A DNA stretch of 64,000 bases. Source: a virus. Position 1 is the stretch's first letter. Each line of letters starts with the position of its first letter. Position numbers and translations under genes: made by a program. Below are positions 29,301 to 41,100 of this stretch, in pieces. Location: positions 1-64,000 of the IMG/VR virus record IMGVR_UViG_3300025083_000016; one strand, written 5' to 3'. The notes under the pieces are model-generated. The model saw nothing but the letters and a program-made list of their open reading frames with translations. It had not been told where the DNA came from and did not search any database.

Positions 29301-32300
29301 ACTTGTTGATGCAACTTATAGTGTAAGCAACGCTAATAACAAGCTTTTAACATTTACAAGCGTGAATCATGGCTTTAACACAGGTGATTATGTATATTTC
29401 ACAAATGATCAAATAGGTTATTACGGGGAAAGGATCGGGATTCATGAAAAAGCATATCAAATTACAAGAATTTCTTCAAGTGCATTTACAGTAGACTTGG
29501 CAAATGATCCTGATTATAATGCAGGTATAGATTCTGGAATCAATAGAAGTATTAAACATTCTATTAGTGCTATAGATACAAGTTCAGCTAGTTCTGAACT
29601 TGACAATATATTTGCAATAGATCAGGGGACTAACAATGTAGCTTCGATACTTGGATATACACTTCCAGGAGGACCACTAGTATCACCTCAAAGTATTACT
29701 AAGATTTATATAAATTCAAAAGAAAACAAAGAAGACGTAAAAAGAATCATACCTTTTATACAAATAAGTTTTTCTTATAAAAACAATACATCGTTATATG
29801 AAGATGATTATTACACAAATACTGTACCAACTAACAACTTAAATATTTCAGACTTTATAACGTATACAGATACCACTTCTGATTACAATTCAAACTATAA
29901 TATTACTAACATAGATATTAATCTAAGATTTTTAAATACACACAAAGACTTTTCTATTATTCAAAGCTTTCTAGCATTTGGAAAACAAACAGAGTCTGAT
30001 ACATCAGTTGTTTATCGTGCACCTAATGCGTTAAATGAGCTTCCTAATTCTTTGACATGGTCACAAAACGCAGATTCTTGGGAAAATCTTACTTTAGAAC
30101 AAAAAAGTTCAGCATTTTCTTTGCTTCTGTACTATGCTTTAACTTCTTGTAATTTAATAAGCAACGGTTATAAAAATCCATATTACGCAAATCTAGCAGA
30201 TCATCCTTTATATGGATTTTTACCAGATTTTATGCTCCAAGAGAGACTCGATACAGAAAAGTTTTTTCAGCCTAACATTGTAATATCAGAAAACAATAAA
30301 ACTTTTAACCTCGTAAAAACAAATCACTGGTTTGATAATACAGAAAAAGTAGTTCAAATGCAGCTCAAAGTAATATCATATAAGCATTACTTTGAGCTTT
30401 TTAATCTAGGTGGGAGTAATGAAACAGGATCAGGATTTGAACATATTAGTAATACAAATCATGATTTGAGTGGAGTAGGCTTCTTATTTGGCGAGTTGAA
30501 TAGTAGTATAACATCTAGTTCTTTTATATCTTTTAGAAATTTTACTCCTATAGAAGACTATGGAAGTTTTTACAAAAAGTCTTTATTAAAATATGAAAAC
30601 AAATTTGTAATCCCTGAAGGTAAAACAAATGGTGAGAATAGTTTGAATTTAGATTCTAATAGAGTGATAAACAAAAGAAGAATATTAGATAAACCGATTA
30701 ATAAGTTTAAATCTCAGAGTGGAAAATATTTTCATAAAGGAAATGTATATAACTCTACTGTATATTCAAATTATCTCTTGAAACCTGAAGATAATTTGGT
30801 TTTTGGAGTTACATCAAATTGCAACGGGCAAACAATGCCTACTGTCTTTTCACTTCATGATAAACTAGAAATAACTTTAATAGGTAGAGATTATGTTGAC
30901 AATAACAACGAGTATAAAAATAATGAGTCTAAATCTATAAGGAAAGTTATTTTAGGCGACAATTATTCTGAAAAGCATAGAGCTATTTTAAATGAAACAA
31001 ACAACTCTTATTTTGATAACATATGGAACAAAAAAAGTGTTGTTAATTCCTTGAAAGAATTCAAAGAAGGAAAATTTGTAATTGACAAAAAATCTTCTAG
31101 GAAATACGGTTCATATACAGGGACAATCTCTCTTTTTGACGAAAAAATCATTAAAAACAATAAAGCTTTATCTGTGTATAGAAAAGATACAGTGCACCCA
31201 AGTTTAGGCAAAGTTTATCAAAGCTGTTTAAATCTAAAAGCAGTTAAGAGCAGAGATATTAATTTTAATAAATCGTTAAAAGTGATAATTAGTGAAAACT
31301 TCAGTGATATACAAGGTTCTGTTAACGTAATTAACAAATGGCATAAAACATTTCATTTGAATCAGTTTAGTACTTTCTTCAATCAAACTGAAAATATTTC
31401 TTTTGATGATACAACTTTTTCTAACATAGAGAATGATGATAATTTAAAAATAGAAATATGTTATGATACTAATTCATATATTGTTGCGCCTAAAGAAGAT
31501 GCAATCAAAAATATAATTAAAAACAATGAAGGAAAAAGTTATGTTTCAAGTATTACAAATGCTGTTGACTCTTTCGATAGATTTACTAAGTCTTTTAAGA
31601 CTTTCTGTTTGCCTTCTTCGAGCTTGAACAACTATCAAAATGGTATTCAAATACAAAACGAAGAGAATATTTTTGTATTTAGAGACAATACCAAATCATT
31701 CATTAAACATGTTTTAAGTAATAAAAATATTGTACAAAAAATTGACAAAAATGAAAAAGTCAAAATAGACAATCTTACAAGCTCTTTGCAGTATTTTGAT
31801 TTAAACAACGTAAATAACGAGTCGCCTAGAAACTATGCAACACCAGGTGAAACGCAAGCTGTGATTGATGAATACTACAGACTTATTGTGTCTAATAATA
31901 AAAATTCAGATAGTATAATAGAATATACAAACAATATAAAACAAGAAATATTAAGTAATGCATCAAGTGAGTATTCTTTTTCTCCTCAATGGCATCTAGT
32001 TTTAGAAATAAATACAACATCTTTTAAAAGCTTATTAAACGTATCAACTCTTAATGATGATATAAGCACATATATTGGTAATACATACCATATATTTATG
32101 TTTGAAAACTTAAATGATGCAAATCCAGTAGAAAAATATACAAAAGTAATAAAAGCAAGTTCAGGTAAAATTACACTTGCAATTCCACTTTACTTCTGGG
32201 AGACAGGAGAAATAGATTTAGACTACTTAAATGTGCAAAATAATACAAAATTTGCCAGACAAGTACAAAAAAACCACTTGTTTGATTCATCCGGGAACGG

Positions 32301-33846
32301 ATATGAAAATCACTGGTATGCAAAACTTTCTGATGGTACTGCCATAATAGATACAAAACATGTATATCATCCTTTTGTAAACCCAGCAGAAAGATCAAAT
32401 CTAGATTCAGATTATGCAAGCAATAGTAATAAAGCATATCCTGTAACTGCTTCTTTAGTTAGTTCTAGTGGGCCAGGGACAGAAAATTTACATGATTATA
32501 ATTTCGGATATTTACCTTATTCAGTAAGCTTTTTAAGGAATATGGACAGCAATTCAAATACATTACCTACCTATCTAGATGTTGTTAATAATGCAAATAC
32601 ATTGTTAACAGATTCTGCTGATGAGCTTACAAATAAATTAGTTTTAGATCGAAGTTATTACATTTCTCTATCCTCTTTTAAAACATCTAGCGAAAGCAAA
32701 ACACCTGTTTATTTAAATAAAGATAGCAGTCTTTCTAATTTAAATAATTCTTACAAACTTTTAAATCATAATAGATTTTTAACTCATGAAAAATATTTTG
32801 AAAATAATATCGATGAAGTTTTACTTAGACGACAAAATGGTTTAGAAGTATTAGATAATAATGAAAATTTATGCTTGAATGAAAAAATTTATAGATCTAA
32901 AATTTATAAAAAGTCTGGAAATAGTTTTAAAGAAACATCTTACTACTTGATTTATAAAATTCACCAAATGAACATTAATAGTAATGAATCTGTGGGTACT
33001 GTAGACAATCCTATTAACAGGTATAATATTGTAGAGATACTTTCAACAGACTCTAATTATTCTTTGTTTGAATTAGATAGACTTTCAAGTAATCAAACAA
33101 TGTTAGGTTTTAAAAATACTGATATAATAAGAATATATGAAGATAGCTTACTTGAAAACAAAAGATATCTAGGCGAAAAAGATGATATACCTTACTTTGA
33201 AATAGATCTTTCATCGAAAACTGCTTCTTTTACTAATGCACCAAATGGTATTGTACAAATATTATATTCACATACATCAATAGATAGTAATACTATTGAT
33301 ATCACTAATGATATTAACAGTCTAAGCAACGTTTTTAACATTGAAAACAAGCATGATGCTTATTTGGATAATACAAAAATTGTTAAAACAGGAAACTTAG
33401 GGGCAGCTATTTTTAATATAGATAGTGGCACAGAAGATACACTTTACAGAAAATATGAAAGACAAGAAGATGCAGTTCTTAATTTCTTTTATGGCTTTAG
33501 TAGATCAAAAGACAATAGATATCCAATAGACAAACTTGACGGGTTTAAATACGGTGTTGAAAATGGAAACAAGCAAGCATTACAGTATCATTACAGTAAT
33601 AAAAGCTATGGCCAATTTTCTGATAAGATTTTAGGTTCTACTAATTGTGCCCTAATAACACAAGAGACTTCTGGCGCACTTAGTACAACATATACAATTA
33701 ATAAAACTTTTGTTGATGAAAACTTTATAAAAATTGAGTCAAGTGAGACACAACATACTTATAATACAGATACACATGAAAGGAGCACGTATCCTTTTAT
33801 TGAAAACAGTAGTGATGCTTTATCACAATTTTACGTGCAATCTTAA
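26362..33846 (+). CDS. Giant putative virion structural protein (2494 aa)
   Basis: Uninterrupted 7.5-kb ORF; contains an FCCH-like beta-barrel module (NHGFNTGDYVYF...YQITRISSSAFTV) of a type common in phage virion proteins. Confidence 0.7.
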   Translation: MSRVNNRKNVFIESVITNAVPTRDVSNNIYKYSLTFNVIATETWYVIYKNSARILSAFKENQIIFSNSIAFYDTGNSNTKTLQSAQLKITSADYSSYNPSKVITITADVIVSPAFIPVDGSNNITFVFGDPPIGTNSNTIIFPKIGANSLKSNNNSGSLTKSLKKTVRDDNSLMGTLPSTKITTGKILQDLNDPFDETNIIEFSSRDNVYASIGLPLKQTNIDNKFYISSVLTDDVPPNLVTDQATISVSNKSFRSAFDLDNSKVFSQPNKIDNLIKYTRKIDPDNLPHIVKQEYFQEEYTPFKEESFHFESDLTTDFYTDSVDSENGYTLSDQKQIKITLDFTDSFDLHLMNTQLSFVLPNASNNKNSFLDDANNLNKIIDLKYFNFLDVNHEDSNSDNHYSTAYSCHSMPTAYWNNSNNRWSYLDAADENYLGSKIPDTMTSVLPNNFIFESVNNELKLKTSDVNLKNYREFKNYFYNRPILTTPSYRREGLFKEKFYKSDYSFFNSEDILEERAWKDIESVNKSAISQISDTYGFPYQAKWQPNDSHLIDMSKYISKDFLLEKVVFKGKFTHKGEFPTRERQVHSGFNSYNALSFPQGSVLDYKISFNGTRYTGPWDEDGTNIVNIPPLNYYDPHAYDNPSINYKEDGENYASNSITFFILNEKKEKSYLKSKSETEEMQHFSFIFTDDLNVGIENISYLVKSRHDLDRLSGDYHEYIDFPSYSFKQSFILNIDNSDDKIRVKNYSFENNRLNSLDSFNEINKNVLAAGLASFNKSRFHFIDQHDSADGVNFIDNLYYKKLEREPVYVNGNIAYYRINYTDINVPENIFGKIKSESVNEFDENRSRELVSFSNLLITRTKNRNYLVYDNKTNSNYQSDNSGIMFDQNVLKTIDEHKILPLLSNNADVNLNVETPQEFVLKSLCKNVDNSNIAYLDESEYSLSSNFFNTGVESILDTDYNAKVKDTIVSIQYSIIPDGLVDATYSVSNANNKLLTFTSVNHGFNTGDYVYFTNDQIGYYGERIGIHEKAYQITRISSSAFTVDLANDPDYNAGIDSGINRSIKHSISAIDTSSASSELDNIFAIDQGTNNVASILGYTLPGGPLVSPQSITKIYINSKENKEDVKRIIPFIQISFSYKNNTSLYEDDYYTNTVPTNNLNISDFITYTDTTSDYNSNYNITNIDINLRFLNTHKDFSIIQSFLAFGKQTESDTSVVYRAPNALNELPNSLTWSQNADSWENLTLEQKSSAFSLLLYYALTSCNLISNGYKNPYYANLADHPLYGFLPDFMLQERLDTEKFFQPNIVISENNKTFNLVKTNHWFDNTEKVVQMQLKVISYKHYFELFNLGGSNETGSGFEHISNTNHDLSGVGFLFGELNSSITSSSFISFRNFTPIEDYGSFYKKSLLKYENKFVIPEGKTNGENSLNLDSNRVINKRRILDKPINKFKSQSGKYFHKGNVYNSTVYSNYLLKPEDNLVFGVTSNCNGQTMPTVFSLHDKLEITLIGRDYVDNNNEYKNNESKSIRKVILGDNYSEKHRAILNETNNSYFDNIWNKKSVVNSLKEFKEGKFVIDKKSSRKYGSYTGTISLFDEKIIKNNKALSVYRKDTVHPSLGKVYQSCLNLKAVKSRDINFNKSLKVIISENFSDIQGSVNVINKWHKTFHLNQFSTFFNQTENISFDDTTFSNIENDDNLKIEICYDTNSYIVAPKEDAIKNIIKNNEGKSYVSSITNAVDSFDRFTKSFKTFCLPSSSLNNYQNGIQIQNEENIFVFRDNTKSFIKHVLSNKNIVQKIDKNEKVKIDNLTSSLQYFDLNNVNNESPRNYATPGETQAVIDEYYRLIVSNNKNSDSIIEYTNNIKQEILSNASSEYSFSPQWHLVLEINTTSFKSLLNVSTLNDDISTYIGNTYHIFMFENLNDANPVEKYTKVIKASSGKITLAIPLYFWETGEIDLDYLNVQNNTKFARQVQKNHLFDSSGNGYENHWYAKLSDGTAIIDTKHVYHPFVNPAERSNLDSDYASNSNKAYPVTASLVSSSGPGTENLHDYNFGYLPYSVSFLRNMDSNSNTLPTYLDVVNNANTLLTDSADELTNKLVLDRSYYISLSSFKTSSESKTPVYLNKDSSLSNLNNSYKLLNHNRFLTHEKYFENNIDEVLLRRQNGLEVLDNNENLCLNEKIYRSKIYKKSGNSFKETSYYLIYKIHQMNINSNESVGTVDNPINRYNIVEILSTDSNYSLFELDRLSSNQTMLGFKNTDIIRIYEDSLLENKRYLGEKDDIPYFEIDLSSKTASFTNAPNGIVQILYSHTSIDSNTIDITNDINSLSNVFNIENKHDAYLDNTKIVKTGNLGAAIFNIDSGTEDTLYRKYERQEDAVLNFFYGFSRSKDNRYPIDKLDGFKYGVENGNKQALQYHYSNKSYGQFSDKILGSTNCALITQETSGALSTTYTINKTFVDENFIKIESSETQHTYNTDTHERSTYPFIENSSDALSQFYVQS

Positions 33847-33866
33847 ACATAATTCGAGAGTTATAA

Positions 33867-34991
33867 ATGTCAGGAATATTAGATAAAAAAAGTAGAATTT
33901 TTGATTTTGTCATTACTAAGAACGGAAGAGCGCAGCTTGAAGATAATGACATTAGATATAAATACGCGACTTTTAGTGATCGTTCAATAGTATATGCTAA
34001 AGACTTTGAAGCTTCAAGTATAAAAAAAGCTGATGTAACAAATTCTGAAATTCATTATGTTCCTTTAGAAGCTACATCAAGTGGTAATGATGAAATAAAT
34101 CCTGAATTTGATTTAAGGAAATACTTTTTTGGATCAAAGTTAAATCCCAGAGAAGGAGAAGGAGTCGCACCTTCAGGATTTAACTTTGATGACTCAGTCA
34201 ATTCTTACATACAACAAAATTCTTTAGGTAGCTATTTACAAAGTTTAGGTTATTTAAGAACAAAAAGAGACCTAAATAGTGATAAAACTTTAACGTTTTT
34301 TAATAACAATACTATAAATAAAGATATTGACTTGTTTAGTAGCACAAAAAATTACAATACAGTCAAGTTTGTAGAAACAAGAAAAGAAAGACTTCCTGTT
34401 GTTGCTTTAGATAGAAGATTTTCTCACAAAAGAAATTTTAGTTATTTACCTCCTAAAGATATATCAGGAAACGAGCTTTATCAAAAAGAAGATTTTAATC
34501 ATGTTGATCATTTATCTAGTGAAAATATTCTAGGATATGTTTTTCCTAAGTATAGATCTCAGTCTTTAAATAAGTTAGATATTGAAAGCTCAAGAGAAAA
34601 AAACATTCTAAAAATCATTAAGGATCTAGAAAGAAATAAGTCAATTCATAAAAAAGAGTTTGAGCTAGAAAATCCTACTGAAAATAGTGATTTTATATTT
34701 GAATTATATGAGGTTATTAATTCTTATGATAGTTTAACACCGAGAAATATAATAAAGTCAGAACTTGAAAAACTACATTTTGTCAATATAGGGGAATTCT
34801 ATGATAAAGAAAACTTTAAAACAAAAAAATTATATTTAATAGGTAAATTTTACAATACTAGAGAAGACACAAAAGAACTAGATGTTTTGTTTAGTATGAA
34901 TAACGGACAAATAAACTTAAAAAGCAAAGATGCGTTTGCTTTGTGTGCTTTCTTTTCTTTTGTTTGCCTATTTACTTTAGTTGTAGAATAA
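33867..34991 (+). CDS. Baseplate-associated protein (N-terminus paralogous to 44637)
   Basis: MSGILDKKSRIFDFVITKNGRAQL...YATFSD..IVY...PLEA parallels MGFLNH...DAVLTERGRELL...FAFGDDEVDY...PIFEA. Confidence 0.6.
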   Translation: MSGILDKKSRIFDFVITKNGRAQLEDNDIRYKYATFSDRSIVYAKDFEASSIKKADVTNSEIHYVPLEATSSGNDEINPEFDLRKYFFGSKLNPREGEGVAPSGFNFDDSVNSYIQQNSLGSYLQSLGYLRTKRDLNSDKTLTFFNNNTINKDIDLFSSTKNYNTVKFVETRKERLPVVALDRRFSHKRNFSYLPPKDISGNELYQKEDFNHVDHLSSENILGYVFPKYRSQSLNKLDIESSREKNILKIIKDLERNKSIHKKEFELENPTENSDFIFELYEVINSYDSLTPRNIIKSELEKLHFVNIGEFYDKENFKTKKLYLIGKFYNTREDTKELDVLFSMNNGQINLKSKDAFALCAFFSFVCLFTLVVE

Positions 34992-35011
34992 AAAAATATC
35001 AGGGTTAAATT

Positions 35012-38000
35012 ATGTTAGTACTATCAAACACAATTAGAAGAGTTTTTACAAAAAGATATAATATTGTACCAGAAAGTTTAGCTTCTGAAAATTATACTGT
35101 ACAACTTGACGTAGAATTAAATAAGAACAAAAATTTAGAAAATATTGCAAAATATTTTGAAGTTAATTTTTATTCACAAAAATCTTTAAATGACATAAAT
35201 GTTTCATCTTTTAAACAAGTTTTCCCAAATAGATATTTAAGCAATTCAGGTAATTTAAAAAGATATCAAGCAAATAAAGAATTTAATCAAAGTTTTAAAA
35301 ATGATATTAGAAAAAACATTTTTATAGATTATCATACAAAACTATCAAATGAAAATGAAGTTATAAAGGATTTGATACCTTTTAATAAACAGAACTTTAT
35401 TGAAGGCAGCAACGTCTATAGAATCACTTTTAGTAATATAATCTCAAATATTATCAAAATTAGAAGCGAACAAGAAATTCCTTTTAATAATGTAAGAGTT
35501 TTTATACTAGATGAAAGAAAAAATATTATTGCAAAAACTGATTTTTTGAGTATTGATCTTTCTATAAGTAATATAACTAAAAAAAGAGCTGCGTTTATAG
35601 AACAAAGCGGCGAAAATCTACCTGCATATTTAAGCAGTTTACATTTAAATAATTTAATACAACAACTCAATAAAGACTTTTTTACTTTATCACGTTTAGG
35701 TGATCATATTACTTTAAATAATCCTAACAAATTGTCTTATGACTTTGAAATAAAGCAAATAATTTTAAAATACTTTACTAGTCAAGATAGAGATAGTGTA
35801 GAAAGAGTAACTTATAGATCATATCTGCTTAATCCTTTTAACCTGAATTCTTCTAGTTTTGACTTTTACAACAATAGTACAAGATCAAACAAAGAAAATT
35901 TAGATGAAATTCAAAATAAAATATGTAAGAATATGATAATCGGACATAATATTTTTAGATTTGAAATTGATTTCTATCCTATGGAAAGTTCTCTACCAAA
36001 GTTTACTAAAGAAATAGTGTTTTCAAACTTAGACCCGTTTATTATTTATTGCTTTAACAATAAGAAAGATGTAATTAGTAGTAAAATTCAAGATGCTTTT
36101 TCTAATCGTGATGTTATTATCACACCAAGTGAAGAAAATATAGGTTTATTAAACTTAAGATTTAAAAACATCCAACTAGAAAGAGAAATTTTAGAAAAAA
36201 TAAATATATCTAAAATCTACAAAAACGAAGAATTTTATGAAATTAAACATCTATACAATACTGAAAATTTTAATTTAAGCAGTAAAGTAGATTATAAAAG
36301 TTTAAATTATCTAAACATTTCAAATAAAAGCCTAAATACTAGATTAAGTTTTAATGATAAAAATATAGCGTTTATCTTTACATTAAAAAACAATTTAATT
36401 GATTTTACTCGAAACTGGACAATAGAAAAAGATATTACACATAAATCTTTAAACCAGAATCAAGACTTTTTAATTTTAAATTCTTTTTTAAAGCAAAACT
36501 TAAACTATGAAAATATAAATTTTAATAGAACACTAGATAGTAACAACAGCGCTATATTTTCATATGATAGATTTATACTACGTAACTTAGATAATTTAAG
36601 GAACTTAGCATATAACTTAGGTTATTCAGCAGCAGACAATGTTTCAGGTGACGTTGAAAAATTTTTAAAAAATTGTGTTTTTCATATTGAAAACGAAACT
36701 ATAATTAATGCAAAAAGCACAAAAAGAAGTACATTTAAAAACGTATATGCATTTGGTGCTGAGCTTTTTAATTTTGACAACTTTCAAAATAACTTTATAA
36801 CTTTTGAAGAGACTTATTTGAATAAAATAAAAACAGAAGATTCTACTCTTTTTGTTTTTTTTGAAAATATTAGAGTATTTTTTAATACTAATACTGAAGA
36901 TTTGCTTGATGCATATACAAAATTAAGTTTTATCAGTAATGATATGAGTATAGAGAACAAAATAACAATTAAAAGTTTATGTTTTCCTGAAATAATGACA
37001 AAATTTAAGTACCCAAACACTAATATTATTGGTGACGTAATTAAAATAAACGAAAGTGTTATTTTTACTCCAGAAGAGGAACAAGCTTTAAATAACGTAA
37101 CAACATCTTTCTTGTCATCTAAAACAAGAAATGTAATTAATATTAAGAACTATAAAAATATTTTATTTAAAGATAATGTTAGAAGAGTGAGACAAGATAA
37201 TTTATCTGCAAGTGACTTTGCATCTTTCTTTAGTTTGCTTAATCAAAACACAGTGTCAGAAAATAACAGTAATTCTTTATATTCAAAGACTTATAACATT
37301 AACAAGCAACAAATTCTTGATTTAATTAATATTAATAAAAGTTTCCCAACAGTAATATTAGATGCTGAAGAAAGATCCTTCAATAATGTTTTTTGTGATT
37401 TAAGTATAGATGATTCAGGTTATATAAATTACATAGACTTTCCGATAAATTATAGCTTCCTACAGACATCATATAATCCAGAAATTGATGGATATAATTT
37501 TAGAATGATAAATTTTTTAAATGACATTACTAAAGATATAAAACTAGATATTCAAAAATTAAGTCCTTTTATAAGTAGTATTAATAGCATAAGTAATTTT
37601 AAAACATCAACTCATTTTCTATTTTCAGATCAGAAAAATAATGTAAGTAAATCATTTAAAGATAAACTTGAGCAAGACCAGTTACTTTCTTTATATTTAA
37701 AACTTGTAAGTTACAAAGGAAAAGAATATATTACATATAGCAATAACTTTTTACAAGACGCTAACACTGAAAGCAGTCTAAATTTTCCATCATTAAGAAG
37801 TGGTCATGATACATCACATGAATACACTGAAGATGTTGGAACATTAGAGTTTTTTAATATAAATCAAGATAGACTATTTAATGATTTTGTTAGTAACAGC
37901 TATTTTTCAAACTTTATAAATCTTTTAATATTACAAAACAGTTTAAATTATTTGCATAAAGTTATAATAAGAAGTACATTAACAATGAATATTAAATTAA

Positions 38001-38122
38001 AAAATGATGTAGAAAAATCAGTTGATCTATTTTTCAATAATGAAATCTTACCAATTAATTTAGTTAATCAATATAGAGTTTTTAACAACAATATAAGTAT
38101 AATCAATGTAAACAGTATATAA
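35012..38122 (+). CDS. Hypothetical protein (1036 aa, Asn/Ile/Lys/Phe-rich)
   Basis: Long ORF with no recognisable motif. Confidence 0.65.
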   Translation: MLVLSNTIRRVFTKRYNIVPESLASENYTVQLDVELNKNKNLENIAKYFEVNFYSQKSLNDINVSSFKQVFPNRYLSNSGNLKRYQANKEFNQSFKNDIRKNIFIDYHTKLSNENEVIKDLIPFNKQNFIEGSNVYRITFSNIISNIIKIRSEQEIPFNNVRVFILDERKNIIAKTDFLSIDLSISNITKKRAAFIEQSGENLPAYLSSLHLNNLIQQLNKDFFTLSRLGDHITLNNPNKLSYDFEIKQIILKYFTSQDRDSVERVTYRSYLLNPFNLNSSSFDFYNNSTRSNKENLDEIQNKICKNMIIGHNIFRFEIDFYPMESSLPKFTKEIVFSNLDPFIIYCFNNKKDVISSKIQDAFSNRDVIITPSEENIGLLNLRFKNIQLEREILEKINISKIYKNEEFYEIKHLYNTENFNLSSKVDYKSLNYLNISNKSLNTRLSFNDKNIAFIFTLKNNLIDFTRNWTIEKDITHKSLNQNQDFLILNSFLKQNLNYENINFNRTLDSNNSAIFSYDRFILRNLDNLRNLAYNLGYSAADNVSGDVEKFLKNCVFHIENETIINAKSTKRSTFKNVYAFGAELFNFDNFQNNFITFEETYLNKIKTEDSTLFVFFENIRVFFNTNTEDLLDAYTKLSFISNDMSIENKITIKSLCFPEIMTKFKYPNTNIIGDVIKINESVIFTPEEEQALNNVTTSFLSSKTRNVINIKNYKNILFKDNVRRVRQDNLSASDFASFFSLLNQNTVSENNSNSLYSKTYNINKQQILDLININKSFPTVILDAEERSFNNVFCDLSIDDSGYINYIDFPINYSFLQTSYNPEIDGYNFRMINFLNDITKDIKLDIQKLSPFISSINSISNFKTSTHFLFSDQKNNVSKSFKDKLEQDQLLSLYLKLVSYKGKEYITYSNNFLQDANTESSLNFPSLRSGHDTSHEYTEDVGTLEFFNINQDRLFNDFVSNSYFSNFINLLILQNSLNYLHKVIIRSTLTMNIKLKNDVEKSVDLFFNNEILPINLVNQYRVFNNNISIINVNSI

Positions 38123-38138
38123 AGTAAGGTTTTAATTA

Positions 38139-41100
38139 ATGGCTTTTACAATAAACTTAAATAGACTTACGTCTCAAAAAAATAAATTACAAGAAATATT
38201 AAATACAAATACAGTTACTATTTCAAACAATAGAGAAAACTTACTCGAAAAAAGCCTTGAAAATGAAGGTTCTACACAAAAGTCACTAGCAGAAATATTG
38301 TCGGAGCTCTCTTCTTCTTTAAAAGAAAACACTTCAAAGGTAAAAATTGAAAGAAGCTTGCCTGTAGCACAAAACAACTCAGCAACATCTGAAATACGTA
38401 AAGAGAATATCGTAGATAGCTACAGTTTTAGTGATATTATAAAACCTTTAGAATCTATCACAGTAAACATAAACCCGCAAGAGACAAAAACGTCAGGATT
38501 TAACTTAACTTTAGAAGACGTAACTAGACCTAACGCGTTATTAGACTTAGATGCAACAAGTAACGCTAACGAAAGTATTGAATCTACAGAATCAGTAGTA
38601 TCTCCTGTTGCATTTTCTCTAGAAGAAACTATTGATGAAGAAGACGCTGACTTGTCTGATTATGTTAGAGGGGAGTATAATACTGTTAGCAATAGTAATA
38701 TAAACTTTCTATACTCAATTGAAAACAACTCTTCTATAAATTTAGATAGAGACACACTTCATAATGTAATCAATTATAGGAAAGAAGCAAATTTAAAAGA
38801 AAGTGAAATTTTAAGCAATAAATTTAATCTATACGCAAGTTCAGAGAAAAATAAAAATTCTATTCATAGTGTTTTTATTGATAAGTTTGAAAAATACAAA
38901 GATTTTCTAGGTTATTTAACAAACGGAATTGATGAAAAAACTGAAATTGTAAAAAGAAATTCAATTACTTTTAATCTAAGAAAAGAGATTTATTCAAATA
39001 AAGGAATTTATTTCAATAACGTACTTAATACCTTAAACGTAAAAAATAAAAAAAAATATAAAGCAAGTGTTTTTAAAAAAGACAATGATATTACTTCATC
39101 AGACTTAATAATAAAAGAAAATGCATTTTTAATAGACGAAATTATTATTAAAAATAATCTTTTTTATTTAAGTGAGAGTTTTGACTTTGCTTTTCTAGAG
39201 CCTATTAAGACAACATCAAATGATATTTTAATACAATCTTTTGTTAATCTTTCTAGGTCAATTAATACAATTTCAAGTAACTGTTTTTCAAACAACTACA
39301 AGAATGAAAATAAACTATACATTAACGCTGATATAGAAAAGAACAAGTGTGTATTAACTGAGAGAGAAGGATTTGATGTTTTTCAAAACTTAGGGTTTAA
39401 AAATACAAATCTTGTACCTGAAGATCTTTATGTATTTGCAAGTGTAATAAAACCATATCAACCTGAAACTGGTAGTTTTGGGATTAATATTAATACAGTA
39501 GACTTTTTTAATAAACAAAATGAACTAAACAATAGTCTTTTTAACGTTTTAAATTTATCTGGAAATTCTTCACCTTTAGAAGTAAGAATAAACTCGTCTT
39601 TAAAAGAAATAAACAAGATTTTTAAAGGTTCTATCTTTGAATTAGATATAATTGATGAAAACAGTAAATTGATTTTAGATGAACCTATTTTAAATTTAGA
39701 TAATATACTAAACAATCCTTCGGGAGTTGCAAGAAATTTCCCAAATAATTTTTCTCTGTCTAATCTTGAAAACATACACAGGCTTTACTTGAACTTTGTA
39801 GAATTTCAAAACCAAAATACAAAAGCTAGAGTTTATTATAAAGATAAACCGATTAGCTTAATAAATTCAAATAACTTTAATGATTTTGATCATGACGCTA
39901 ATTTAGACATAAATGATTTACTAATAAAATTAAAATTAGATAGTGTTGTTAAAAGCAGTAAAAAATCATATCTGGAAAATAACAATGTAAATATTGATTT
40001 TTTAAATCAGATTATTACAAATATTAATTTGTCAACAAAAACAAACAAAATGATTTCATATAGTAAAGATAAAAAGCATGATTTTTCTATATTAAACGAA
40101 AATTCAAAACTTTATGATTTAATGTTTACTAAAGATGGAAACACGCACTATAGTCATTCTGATGTCATTTCAAATCATAAAGTAAATAAACAAAAATATC
40201 GAGGATTAGACGAGTTTAAAAGAAAAAATTTAGTAATTAATAATAATAGAAATAAAATAGTCAATGAAGTTAACAATTTTATTTCTTATTACTATCCTGA
40301 CAGTAATTTTATGAGCACATCATTCTTACTTTACTATATAATGTCACCTACAGTTATTCCTAATAAACTTTCTAATTTAGTAGGTAATAAAAGTCCATTA
40401 ACAAATAAAGATGAAACATGTCAAAGTCTGTATTTTAACTTTTATAAAAACAATCAAATTGATAGTAAAACAAAAGATACTGTAACTAAAAGATTTTTAA
40501 AGAGAGTGCTAATGAACTGTAAAAAACACACAGCTTCATCATTACATAATAAACCTCTTAATAATTATTCGTATAAAGAAATAAATCCTAACAAATATAC
40601 AAAAAGCTTGTTATCTAGTACACAAAAATACCTTAATGATATTCTAAACTCATCTGAAAATCTTGCAACAATTAGAGACTCTGTGTATTCTTTGAAAAAC
40701 ATCAAAGAAGTTTCAGATATTTGCAACTATAAAGCTTTTACTAATTGTAATATACAAGATAACAATTCTATTGATTTAATTTCTGAAGAAGAGAAGAGAA
40801 AATATTCTATATCGATTACAGGAAACATTCACTATAGTTTATTTCCTTCACATGTCCTCGTCTATCCTTTTATAATTACTTCTATTGCAAAAGATCAACT
40901 TGGTTTTTACTTTGATAAAATAGAAAAAAATGAAATAAAAATGATAGAATCAGATGACAACATATCAGAGTTTATTGTCAAAAAAGAAGGAAGTCTAGAT
41001 ATAACTAGTAACACAAATATTATATTTAGAATAGTGCCTAAATCAATGTTTACAGACACTATGACAGAAAGAAGAAAGATTTCTAGAGAATTTCCGTATA